Positions 20,137-29,510 of a DNA stretch of 64,000 nucleotides are shown here, one piece after another. This DNA is from Candidatus Kapaibacterium sp. GTDB lineage: Bacteria > Bacteroidota > Ignavibacteria > Kapaibacteriales > UBA4661. The position numbers and the translations under genes were made by a program. Location of the stretch: NCBI GenBank assembly GCA_025055035.1, contig JANWZB010000003.1, positions 641-64,640 of the forward strand, read 5' to 3'. Below the pieces are notes generated by a model, which saw only the letters and a list, made by a program, of their open reading frames with translations, was not told the origin of the DNA and made no database searches. The first letter of the stretch is position 1. Each line of letters begins with the position of its first letter.

Positions 20137-20288
20137 TGTAGTACCCTTTACACTAAAAGATGAAACATAAGTTGTTATCACACGGCACATTCAATACGCG
20201 CATCCTAGTCTTTGCACACAAGCATCTCTATTGTGCAAGCGATACTCGTAGCATTGGTTCGTCCTAATATTGGTATATTTTTCAGGCG

Positions 20289-20296
20289 CAAAGATA
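20289..20296 (-). promoter_or_regulatory. -7 box TATCTTTG for the ATP-grasp gene
   Basis: TAnnTTTG match with TTG about 18 nt upstream. Confidence 0.5.
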
Positions 20297-20405
20297 AAAA
20301 ACTTACACAAGATTCAATGCGATTTCTTTAGTAAGTTTAAGGAAGTTTTTCGCTGTCTTGTTCTCTTGTTCTTTATCCTGCCTCTACGTTCTCCACAAGC
20401 ATGCT

Positions 20406-21065
20406 ATGACAAGCCGAGCTCCCCTATCACGCCAAGCACATATTCACCCTCATCTTGTGCGCCTCGTACACAAGCACACAAGTAGTGTATACCAGCGTCC
20501 CATACCAGAATTCAGCATACAGGCATTTCAGCATTTCGAGCTTCTCTTTATGTCTTCTGGTAAGCAGCGGCTTGTTATAGATTCAGGTTGTGGAACGGGG
20601 GAAAGCACACGTATTTTCGCTCAGCAGTATCCGTCTGCATTCGTTGTTGGTCTCGACCGCTCTGTTCATCGACTACAGAAGCATTGCCTACCAGAACAGC
20701 ACACAACAAACTACGCTCTGATTCGTGCAGAGCTAGAGGATTTTTGGCGTTTACTGGCAAGCCACTACGGCAATTGCATAGAGTATCATGCAATCTTATA
20801 TCCTAACCCTTATCCCAAGCCCGCTCACATTCTCCGCCGCTGGCACGGGCACCCACTTTTCCCTCAAATGCTTGCTCTTTCACCGATAACAGAGCTTCGT
20901 ACCAATTGGTCTCTATATGCTGAAGAATTCGCTTTCGCTGCTTCACTTCTAGGATATGCGGTGGAATTCACTACACTCCAGTACTCTACACCCATCACTG
21001 CTTTTGAGCGCAAGTATCAGCAGAGTGGACATAATCTGTTTCAAGTTCTTGTCCGACCTCAATAA
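20406..21065 (+). CDS. TrmB-like SAM-dependent methyltransferase
   Basis: IDSGCGTGEST, LYPNPYPK..H..RRWHGHP.F, ELRTNW, T.FERKY. Confidence 0.8.
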   Translation: MTSRAPLSRQAHIHPHLVRLVHKHTSSVYQRPIPEFSIQAFQHFELLFMSSGKQRLVIDSGCGTGESTRIFAQQYPSAFVVGLDRSVHRLQKHCLPEQHTTNYALIRAELEDFWRLLASHYGNCIEYHAILYPNPYPKPAHILRRWHGHPLFPQMLALSPITELRTNWSLYAEEFAFAASLLGYAVEFTTLQYSTPITAFERKYQQSGHNLFQVLVRPQ

Positions 21066-21109
21066 GTCTCATATCATCACTGTACTGATGGTTATGATAA
21101 TAGATAGCA

Positions 21110-21142
21110 CTGACGCCGTTGCATTGCATGCAACGGCGTCAG
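21110..21142. terminator. Perfect 15-bp inverted repeat between convergent genes
   Basis: CTGACGCCGTTGCAT-tgc-ATGCAACGGCGTCAG. Confidence 0.7.
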
Positions 21143-21173
21143 CGATGGTTTTGCACTATTTGCCCAGAAAACT

Positions 21174-22856
21174 CTAGCGCACTACTTCGCGCGCGCCAAT
21201 CATATTGAAGCGACTAGCAACAAATGCTGCATCAGTAAATGAAGCAGTACCAGCAGGATTTGCCCCCGCACCATGAAAATCACTAAATGCCGAGGATTGA
21301 TTGACAAAAATCCCACCAACATAATTGAACGCGACAGGTGCTTTACCTTCAAAAATGATAGCGTGTTCTGCTTGTTCGCGCTGTGCCTTATCTATCGTAT
21401 ACACTAATGTCGTCAAAGCACCTTTGCGCCTCAGGCTACGTAGAAGTAGATGCAGACTATGGTCGAAGCCATCCGTTGGTATAAGGAAACTAATTGGACC
21501 GAACCACTCTCGCTCGTAGATATCATGGTCTTCTACACGTGCTTTTAAAAGTAGTGGCGATGCTGTCCGAGCATGAGGAAATCCACTATGAACAACAGGC
21601 TGCGAATCTCGTATGATTTCTAATCCTAATTCTCTTGCTTTCTGAATACGGTCTAGTGTTGTCGCGTTCTGAATGCTGCCTGCAATTCCAGACATCTTAG
21701 GGTCTTGCATGAGCGCATCAATCTTCTGAGCAAGACGCTGAGCGACGTCATCAAAAGGTATAACTGCACTACCCTCCCTCACACCGTGTTTATTGATAAA
21801 GAAATTTTGCGATGTTGTGCACATCTGCCCACTGTATAGCGAAAGGGTAAATGCAAGATTATCCAGAACAGCATCAAGATTGTCAACACTTTCCAGAATA
21901 ACACCATTGACGCCTGCTTTCTCAGTAAACACAGCCTTGCCATGCGAGCGCCCAATGTTCTCAAGGGTATCGCCAAATGCACCACCCGTAAAATCAATAA
22001 TACCAACAGCAGGATGCTCAGCAAGTTCTAATGTCAAGGGATTTGCAGAGCTATCAGGAGCTAGCTGCACAAGATGCGGGTCTATACCTCTATCACGAAG
22101 TGTTTGCTGCATACTTGCCACAACAATAGCAATAGCAAGAACAGACTTTGGGTGAGGTTTGACAATAACTGGGTTACCCGTAACAAGACTTGCAAACAAG
22201 CCTGGCAGCGTGTTCCACACAGGAAATGTTGAGCACCCTATCACAAGCCCGACTCCTTTCGGGACAATGTGAAAATGCTTCTTCACGGTAATAGTTGCTG
22301 CTCCAACAGGTTTTGTCCATGTTGTTTCTTCAGCAAACTGCGCTTGTTCCCTGTAGCCCAATGCAATTGCTTCAAGAGCGCGGTCAAACGAATGAGGACC
22401 AGAAGCCTGAAACGACATCGCAAAGCTTTGTCCTGAGGTATGCATCGTTGCATGGGCAATCTCGAAGAAGGTTTTGCCTGTGCCTGCTTGCTCAAGAGTT
22501 TCAATCAGGATACAAGCTCGTTCGAGAGGCGAAAGGGTCTGCCATTGCATTTTGGCATTGTGGGCTTTTGTCATAAGATGCTCAACGGCAAACAAAGGGT
22601 AGTGAATACCAAGTGGGAATCCGAATGGCGACTCTTCCTCTCCATGCCAGCTTATTTCGTTCGTCTGTAACAGGCGAGTGAATTTATGATGGAGTAACGC
22701 TTTGAATGCCGCTTCTCCCTCCTCGGCAGCTGTTTCGCCATACACTTTTTTGCTCGGCGATTCATTCCAGTGCGCGAAGTACTGCCGAGCAGCATTTGCC
22801 TCTACTGCTGCCTTCAGCGTAGCACTATGCTTATCTATCAGTTCTACAAAGCTCAT
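21174..22856 (-). CDS. paaN: PaaN-type aldehyde dehydrogenase
   Basis: GCSTFPVWN..PG.FASL.TGNPVIVKPHP, FQASGPHS.DR.LEA, EKAGVN, SLYSGQMCT, NQSSAFSDFH. Confidence 0.85.
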   Translation of the reverse strand: MSFVELIDKHSATLKAAVEANAARQYFAHWNESPSKKVYGETAAEEGEAAFKALLHHKFTRLLQTNEISWHGEEESPFGFPLGIHYPLFAVEHLMTKAHNAKMQWQTLSPLERACILIETLEQAGTGKTFFEIAHATMHTSGQSFAMSFQASGPHSFDRALEAIALGYREQAQFAEETTWTKPVGAATITVKKHFHIVPKGVGLVIGCSTFPVWNTLPGLFASLVTGNPVIVKPHPKSVLAIAIVVASMQQTLRDRGIDPHLVQLAPDSSANPLTLELAEHPAVGIIDFTGGAFGDTLENIGRSHGKAVFTEKAGVNGVILESVDNLDAVLDNLAFTLSLYSGQMCTTSQNFFINKHGVREGSAVIPFDDVAQRLAQKIDALMQDPKMSGIAGSIQNATTLDRIQKARELGLEIIRDSQPVVHSGFPHARTASPLLLKARVEDHDIYEREWFGPISFLIPTDGFDHSLHLLLRSLRRKGALTTLVYTIDKAQREQAEHAIIFEGKAPVAFNYVGGIFVNQSSAFSDFHGAGANPAGTASFTDAAFVASRFNMIGAREVVR

Positions 22857-22900
22857 AGTAGTTACTCACAGCGTATGTACATGACACAAGCTCACAACCT

Positions 22901-24166
22901 CTATTCAAATGCTGGAATGCCTGTAATATCTGCACCCAGAATTAACGTATGAATATCGTGTGTTCCTTCATAAGTTTTGACAGACTCAAGATTTGCCATG
23001 TGCCGCATAATAGGATACTCGCCCAGGATACCATTTGCACCGTGAATATCACGTGCTAAGCGTGCGACTTCTAGTGCCATCCACACGTTGTTACGTTTCG
23101 CCATCGAGACGTGTTGTGGTGTAGCTTCTCCAGCATCTTTAAGCTGACCACAGCGCAGTGCAAGAAGCTGTGCTTTTGTAATCTCGTTCAGCATCCACAC
23201 AAGCTTTTCCTGAACAAGCTGAAAACTAGCAATTGGCTTACCAAATTGAATGCGTGTCTTTGCATACTTCAGTGCTGATTCGTAGCACGCCATTGCAGCA
23301 CCAATTGCTCCCCATGCAATTCCATAGCGGGCTTGCGTTAAACAGCTTAGCGGACCTTTCAATCCTTCCACATGCGGCAAAAGATTCGACTCAGGGATTT
23401 CGCAATCTTGGAACACAAGTTCGCCTGTTGCTGATGCACGAAGTGAGTGCTTCCCTTTCATTTCGGGAGCAGTAAAGCCCGGAGTACCCTTCTCCACAAG
23501 AAATCCTCGTACGACTCCATCAAGCTTCGCCCATACGACTGCAACATCAGCAATATTCCCGTTCGTAATCCACATTTTTGCGCCATTGAGCACGAAGCCG
23601 TTACTTGTCTTTTTCGCTGTAGTAATCATGCCACCGGGATTTGAACCATAATCGGGCTCTGTGAGTCCAAAGCAGCCTATAATCTCGCCTGATGCAAGTT
23701 TTGGAAGCCAATATGCTCGCTGCTCTTCGCTACCGTATGTGTAAATAGGATACATCACAAGTGAACTCTGCACAGAAGCAAAGGAACGTAGTCCCGAATC
23801 ACCGCGCTCTAGCTCCATCATTGCCAGTCCGTATGCAGTATAGCTCGCACCAGCACAACCGTACTCGTGTGGTAATGTAATGCCAAACAACCCTAGCTCT
23901 GCCATACGCTTTGCAAGATGCATAGGGAATGTTCCAGCATGATAGTGCTCTTCAATAATTGGCAGTACTTCTTCGTCCACAAAGGAGCGTACAGTCTCGC
24001 GAATCAGACGATCTTCGGGCGAAAAGAGACTGCTCGTATTATAGTAATCAAACGGATTATTGAAGCTTTGTTTTGGAGTTTTCGTAGCTTTCAACGCACT
24101 GCTGGCACTTCCGCTAGTATGACCATTTGTTGCAGGCGCTGTCGTGGGTGTTGCGACAACCGACAT
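22901..24166 (-). CDS. gcdH: Glutaryl-CoA dehydrogenase
   Basis: ELERGDSG.RS..SVQSSLVM.PI, GCFGLTEPD.GSNPG.M, NLESV.TYEGTHDIH.LILG; AAGGA SD. Confidence 0.9.
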   Translation of the reverse strand: MSVVATPTTAPATNGHTSGSASSALKATKTPKQSFNNPFDYYNTSSLFSPEDRLIRETVRSFVDEEVLPIIEEHYHAGTFPMHLAKRMAELGLFGITLPHEYGCAGASYTAYGLAMMELERGDSGLRSFASVQSSLVMYPIYTYGSEEQRAYWLPKLASGEIIGCFGLTEPDYGSNPGGMITTAKKTSNGFVLNGAKMWITNGNIADVAVVWAKLDGVVRGFLVEKGTPGFTAPEMKGKHSLRASATGELVFQDCEIPESNLLPHVEGLKGPLSCLTQARYGIAWGAIGAAMACYESALKYAKTRIQFGKPIASFQLVQEKLVWMLNEITKAQLLALRCGQLKDAGEATPQHVSMAKRNNVWMALEVARLARDIHGANGILGEYPIMRHMANLESVKTYEGTHDIHTLILGADITGIPAFE

Positions 24167-24248
24167 GGCAGTATTCCTTGAAAAGATTGGGAGAAAAAAC
24201 AACGAGAAATTGTTTACGACGAAAGAATGTTGTAGCAGACTAGAGATA

Positions 24249-24256
24249 CAAAATTA
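24249..24256 (-). promoter_or_regulatory. -7 box TAATTTTG for gcdH-paaN
   Basis: TAnnTTTG match about 80 nt upstream of the start. Confidence 0.5.
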
Positions 24257-24504
24257 TGAAATTTTTGCGCAGCCAGCGAAAGAATTTCCCAAGAGAATTT
24301 TAGTCACCAGTAGCTTTACATGTATAGCCTGGACAAGCACTGGGATACTGTTGCTATACCACAATATACTTTGTATACGTCCTCCTTGCGAAAAGGGACG
24401 ATTTTCTGTATAATTGCCCTTCGCATTGGCTAATGCTATATCACTGCGGTGTAACATACAGCCTTCGCTCACAGTTTGTATTATCTTCACTACACAATCT
24501 CCTT

Positions 24505-25692
24505 ATGTCCCAACTTGTTGTTCTCGCTTTTTCCGGCGGTCTCGATACATCGTATTGTGTCAAGTACTTTCTTGCTCAAGGGAAAACTGTCCACTCTGTT
24601 ACAGTCAATACTGGCGGATTCTCGGAAGATGAACTCCGCGACATTGAGTCCCGAGCCCTATCACTTGGCGTAGAAAAGCACATCACACTCGATGAAACGC
24701 AGAATTACTACGAGCAGTGCATTAAGTATCTCATCTTCGGTAATGTTCTCAAAAACAACACATATCCGCTTTCTGTCAGCGCCGAGCGTATTTTCCAAGC
24801 ACTAGCAGTAGCTCGCTATGCGAAGAACGTTGATGCAGACTACGTTGCACACGGCTCGACAGGCGCAGGCAACGACCAAGTACGATTCGATGTCGCTTTC
24901 ACAGTGCTTATCCCCGATATTCCTATTCTCACACCTATCCGCGACAATAAACTTTCTCGCGAGGAAGAAATTGCATTTTTGCAGCAACACGGCATCCAGC
25001 AAGACTGGATAAAGGCACAGTACTCTATCAACAAGGGTTTGTGGGGAACAACAGTTGGAGGTAAAGAAACCCTCACATCGCATCAATATCTTCCTGATAG
25101 CGCGTTTCCAACACCCCTTTCTAAAAACATGCCCGAAGAAGTACGCTTGCACTTTACTCGCGGCGAACTTACAGGAATTAATGGGGAAACTATGCCGCCT
25201 GTACAAGCAATTCAACGTTTAACACAGATTGCACAGCCCTTCGCCATCGGTCGGGATATTCATGTTGGAGATACAATTATTGGCATCAAGGGGCGTGTGG
25301 GCTTCGAAGCAGCAGCGCCTCTTATCATCATCAAAGCACATCATACGCTAGAAAAGCACACGCTGACAAAAGCACAGCTCATGCTCAAGGAACAGATTTC
25401 AGCTATGTATGGCACACTGCTACATGAAGGACAATTTCTTGAACCCGCTATGCGTAATTGCGAGGCTTTATTACACAGCACGCAAGAGACTGTTAGCGGA
25501 ACAGTTAGCGTTTTTCTCGCACCATACCGTTTTCACATTGTTGGCATCGAATCACCGCACGACCTCATGCAATCACGCTTTGGTAAGTATGGTGAAATGA
25601 ACAATGCATGGACAGGTCAAGATGTGCGAGGCTTTGCAAAAATCGTATCGAATCAAGCAATGATGTTCTACTCGGTAAACCAACAATTATGA
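24505..25692 (+). CDS. argG: Argininosuccinate synthase (Bacteroidetes-type)
   Basis: LAFSGGLDTS, YPLSVSAER, AHGSTGAGNDQVRF, GIKGRVGFEA. Confidence 0.96.
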   Translation: MSQLVVLAFSGGLDTSYCVKYFLAQGKTVHSVTVNTGGFSEDELRDIESRALSLGVEKHITLDETQNYYEQCIKYLIFGNVLKNNTYPLSVSAERIFQALAVARYAKNVDADYVAHGSTGAGNDQVRFDVAFTVLIPDIPILTPIRDNKLSREEEIAFLQQHGIQQDWIKAQYSINKGLWGTTVGGKETLTSHQYLPDSAFPTPLSKNMPEEVRLHFTRGELTGINGETMPPVQAIQRLTQIAQPFAIGRDIHVGDTIIGIKGRVGFEAAAPLIIIKAHHTLEKHTLTKAQLMLKEQISAMYGTLLHEGQFLEPAMRNCEALLHSTQETVSGTVSVFLAPYRFHIVGIESPHDLMQSRFGKYGEMNNAWTGQDVRGFAKIVSNQAMMFYSVNQQL

Positions 25693-26582
25693 TACGATAC
25701 CTGTTCGCAGCAGTGCTTCCTGCCATAGGCTTCTGGAGTACTATCCAGCGTGTTCATGCCCAAGCCCTTCTTGTAGATAGTGCATATTCACAAGCGTTAG
25801 GGACAACAACTGCTTTCTCTATCATCATACCAGAGTACTACGACACAGTACGGCGATATCCCGTATTGTACTTATTACATGGCTGGGGTGGCAGCCATAG
25901 GGATTGGGCTACAAAAACACGCCTGCGTGAGTACGCATCATGGTTCGACCTCATCATCGCTATGCCTAATGCCGGGAATTCATGGTATGTCAACAGCATT
26001 GCTCATCCACAGCATCGCTACGAACAATACATTGCTGGTGAATTTCCCGCAATACTTGCTCAGCGGTATGCGATCGATACAAGTCAGCAAGCTATTGCAG
26101 GATTATCAATGGGCGGTTACGGAGCAATTATGCTGGCTTTGAAGTACCAGCACAAATACCGCGTTGCAGCATCATTTAGCGGTGCTCTCACTATGCCGCG
26201 CGACCTTGTGCAGCGCGAGCAAGCATACCAATCTGCTCAGGGAAAGAATGGCGATGTTGCACTACTAAGCCTGCAAGAAGCATTCGGGAAAGATCCTCGC
26301 AGCCGCGCACGCGATACAAACAGCGTCTTCACGCTGTGTAAGCGTGCATCTCTACTGGACTCTGCAAGCAAAGCTCGTTTACCGTACATCTACCTCGCAA
26401 CAGGTATTCATGACCAACTTGCTCACATTGTCCCAGGAAACCGTGAATTTCGTGATTCACTGTATTCTTTTGGTCTACGATATGAATATCATGAAACTCC
26501 TGGTAAGCATGCGTGGTCATACTGGGACGAAGCATTGCGAGCCTTTTTACCACGGTTGATAGATATTACTCGTTGGAAATAG
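25689..26582 (+). CDS. Secreted esterase (tributyrin esterase/S-formylglutathione hydrolase family)
   Basis: Signal peptide, YPVLYLLHG.GG, AGLSMGGYG, PGKH.W.YW; ATGA overlap with argG. Confidence 0.87.
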   Translation: MIRYLFAAVLPAIGFWSTIQRVHAQALLVDSAYSQALGTTTAFSIIIPEYYDTVRRYPVLYLLHGWGGSHRDWATKTRLREYASWFDLIIAMPNAGNSWYVNSIAHPQHRYEQYIAGEFPAILAQRYAIDTSQQAIAGLSMGGYGAIMLALKYQHKYRVAASFSGALTMPRDLVQREQAYQSAQGKNGDVALLSLQEAFGKDPRSRARDTNSVFTLCKRASLLDSASKARLPYIYLATGIHDQLAHIVPGNREFRDSLYSFGLRYEYHETPGKHAWSYWDEALRAFLPRLIDITRWK

Positions 26583-26595
26583 CGTATATTCCTCT

Positions 26596-27582
26596 ATGAA
26601 TCCAATACGTGCCGGTATTGTAGGAAGCGCTGGCTACACGGGTGGCGAATTGATTCGGCTTCTGCTACATCACAACTACGTCGAGCTTGTGTACATACAC
26701 AGCACAAGCAACGCTGGTAAGCCTGTTGCTCATGTTCATACAGATTTGCTCGGTGACACCGACCGCTTGTTTACCGACCAACTTTCCTACGACATTGATG
26801 TTCTCTTTCTGTGTTTGGGTCATGGCGAAGCAAAGGCATTCCTTTCGGCACAGCAGATTCCCCAGCATATTCGCATCATTGACCTTAGCCAAGATTTTCG
26901 CTACACACCTTCCACGCAATGGCTCTACGGCTTACCTGAGCTCTACCACGAACAGATTCAATCGGCACAACACACTCAGCAAAATATTGCTAACCCAGGA
27001 TGCTTTGCAACCTGCATACAACTTGGTTTGCTACCTTTGGCAAGTGCACAGCTACTGCCCCGTGAGCTTCATATAACAGGTATTACAGGCTCTACGGGAG
27101 CAGGGCAGGCATTATCGCAGACAGTGCATTTTTCATGGCGCTCAGGCAACATTGCTGTGTACAAACCTTTCACTCATCAGCATCTCTACGAAGTTCAAAC
27201 AAGCTTGCGCACACTTCAGCCAGACTTTGACGACACGCATCACATATACTTTGTACCTATGCGTGGAAATTTCACTCGCGGTATCCTCACATCTATGTAC
27301 GGTCAATGCACAGAAAACGCAGCAGCAGTCCAGGCTCTCTATCGTGAATATTATGACGCTCATCCGTTTGTCCACATTGCTGACAGCGAGCCAGACATTA
27401 AGCAAGTTGTCAACACTAACAAGTGCTTACTTTCTGTTGCTAAGCATGGTAATATGCTGCACATCGTTGCAGTCATCGATAATCTCCTCAAAGGCGCTGC
27501 AGGACAAGCAGTACAAAATATGAATCTTATCTTTGGGCTTCCAGAAGTGACTGGTCTACTTCTCAAGCCTCTCGCATTTTAG
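26596..27582 (+). CDS. argC: N-acetyl-gamma-glutamyl-phosphate reductase
   Basis: GSAGYTGGEL, IANPGCFAT, GSTGAG, DNLLKGAAGQAVQNMN. Confidence 0.96.
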   Translation: MNPIRAGIVGSAGYTGGELIRLLLHHNYVELVYIHSTSNAGKPVAHVHTDLLGDTDRLFTDQLSYDIDVLFLCLGHGEAKAFLSAQQIPQHIRIIDLSQDFRYTPSTQWLYGLPELYHEQIQSAQHTQQNIANPGCFATCIQLGLLPLASAQLLPRELHITGITGSTGAGQALSQTVHFSWRSGNIAVYKPFTHQHLYEVQTSLRTLQPDFDDTHHIYFVPMRGNFTRGILTSMYGQCTENAAAVQALYREYYDAHPFVHIADSEPDIKQVVNTNKCLLSVAKHGNMLHIVAVIDNLLKGAAGQAVQNMNLIFGLPEVTGLLLKPLAF

Positions 27583-27624
27583 AAAATCACGCACTTACCC
27601 TGTTTCACTGTACATTCTGCTCGC

Positions 27625-28716
27625 ATGAATGCTCATATTGTTGTTGTAGCCGGCGATGGCATAGGGCCGGAAGTAACGCACGAAGCAGTACGAAGCCTTG
27701 AGGCTATAGCTACACGTTTCCAGCACACTTTTGTATTTGAGCACCACCTTATCGGGGGTGCAGCAATCGACGCTACAGGCTCGGCACTGCCCAACGAAAC
27801 ATTACAAGCAGCACTGAAAGCTGATGCAGTTTTACTCGGTGCTGTAGGTGGTCCGCAATGGGACAATCCTCAAGCACTAATACGCCCTGAGGATGGTCTG
27901 CTCGGTATTCGCAAAGCACTTCAGCTTTATGCTAATCTACGACCTGTTAGAGTCTATACGCAACTTGCTGAAGCATCTCCACTGAAACAGCACATTCTGG
28001 CAGGAGTCGATTTCATCGTTGTTCGTGAGCTTACTGGCGGCTTGTACTTCGGGCAGCCTAAGGAACGACGCATACGCTCGGACGGTGGCATCACAGCGAT
28101 TGACACACTTGAATACCATGACTATGAAATTGACCGTATTCTTCAACTCGCCTTCGAGCTTGCAGCAAGCCCGTCGCGGCGTGGTATGCTTGCCAGTGTG
28201 GATAAGGCAAATGTCTTAGAAACATCGCGTCTGTGGCGCGAGCGCGCTCAGTCTCTTGCACAGCATTATCCTTCTGTAACTCTTCAGCACATCCTTGTTG
28301 ACACAGCAGCAATGCGCCTTGTGATGTCGCCATCACAGTTCGACGTTATCGTTACCGAGAATACATTTGGCGATATCTTAACGGATGAAGCAGCTGTCTT
28401 GACCGGTTCTATGGGGCTTCTTCCCTCTGCATCACTTGGTCAGATACGCAATAGCAAGGGATTCCCATTAGGGCTATACGAGCCAATACACGGCTCTGCA
28501 CCGGATATTGCAGGCAAAGGGATTGCTAATCCTATCGGCACAATTCTTAGTGCTGCTTTATTATTGCGATATTCCCTTGGCTTAGAACATGAAGCTCAGA
28601 CTCTTGAACATGCTGTCGAGCACGCCCTCGCCAATGGAGCACGCACTGTTGATATCTCGGCAGCGCATGCACTCTCCACGAGTCAGATGACCGAGGAAAT
28701 TTTGAATGCACTGTAG
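27625..28716 (+). CDS. leuB: 3-isopropylmalate dehydrogenase
   Basis: [50 protein letters not shown]. Confidence 0.96.
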   Translation: MNAHIVVVAGDGIGPEVTHEAVRSLEAIATRFQHTFVFEHHLIGGAAIDATGSALPNETLQAALKADAVLLGAVGGPQWDNPQALIRPEDGLLGIRKALQLYANLRPVRVYTQLAEASPLKQHILAGVDFIVVRELTGGLYFGQPKERRIRSDGGITAIDTLEYHDYEIDRILQLAFELAASPSRRGMLASVDKANVLETSRLWRERAQSLAQHYPSVTLQHILVDTAAMRLVMSPSQFDVIVTENTFGDILTDEAAVLTGSMGLLPSASLGQIRNSKGFPLGLYEPIHGSAPDIAGKGIANPIGTILSAALLLRYSLGLEHEAQTLEHAVEHALANGARTVDISAAHALSTSQMTEEILNAL

Positions 28717-28758
28717 CAACAGTTTTATTTCATCGTTTAAGTGTTCCATCTGATTGCT

Positions 28759-29451
28759 ATGCTACCTCGTAATAGTACTCCTCCATATATTATCACATCG
28801 GTGGCCATCCAGAAAAAGAACAAGTCGCGATGCTCAGTGTTTGTTAACGGAGAGTTTGCGTTTGGCTGTACTATCGACGCAGTGACACACTTTGGACTGA
28901 CACAAGGCAAGGAGATTTTTGAGCATGAGATTATACAAATCCAAGCATACGATAGTACTCTTGCCTTAAAACAAGCAGCGTTGCATTATGCAACGTACAA
29001 GCCACGTACAGCAGAGCAGGTACGCCGCGCAATGGTTATAAAAGGTTACACTGCTGCAGAGGCAGAATATGCTGTAGACTTTCTCAAAGAATTTGGATAC
29101 GTGAATGACCAGCGCTACGCCCGCGCTTTTATCAGGGAAGTACGTTCAAGAAAGAGCATAGGACTACATCGCTTGCAGCAAGAACTTATCAAACGCGGCA
29201 TCTCTAAGCACGATATAGAGGACGCACTAGCAGATATCTTTTCTGCAGAAGATACGGCTTTAAGCGAGCTCAACGCTGCACGTACCGCTATAACTAAAAA
29301 ACTGCGCACACTTCAGCGCAAACCAATTCCTAAACAGAAGCAAGCACTTCTTGGACACCTGCAACGCCAGGGCTTTTCTTGGAATATTATTCACCATGTG
29401 ATCGCCGAAGCCTTCGACGATAGAAACGATAAAGCCCACAGTGAGGTGTAG
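28759..29451 (+). CDS. recX: RecX regulatory protein
   Basis: IT.V..QKK.K.R.SVF.NGEFAF, YVND.RYA, ELIKRGI, LQRQGF. Confidence 0.88.
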   Translation: MLPRNSTPPYIITSVAIQKKNKSRCSVFVNGEFAFGCTIDAVTHFGLTQGKEIFEHEIIQIQAYDSTLALKQAALHYATYKPRTAEQVRRAMVIKGYTAAEAEYAVDFLKEFGYVNDQRYARAFIREVRSRKSIGLHRLQQELIKRGISKHDIEDALADIFSAEDTALSELNAARTAITKKLRTLQRKPIPKQKQALLGHLQRQGFSWNIIHHVIAEAFDDRNDKAHSEV

Positions 29452-29510
29452 CACTGCCAACACACCAGATGCAGGAGTGTGATTCACGCACTCATTCTCA
29501 TTACCACTTA

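Noticed and set aside
24377..24400. Small hairpin upstream of argG as a possible attenuator or ARG box
   Set aside because: Weak stem, no Arg-rich leader peptide and no clear ArgR palindrome
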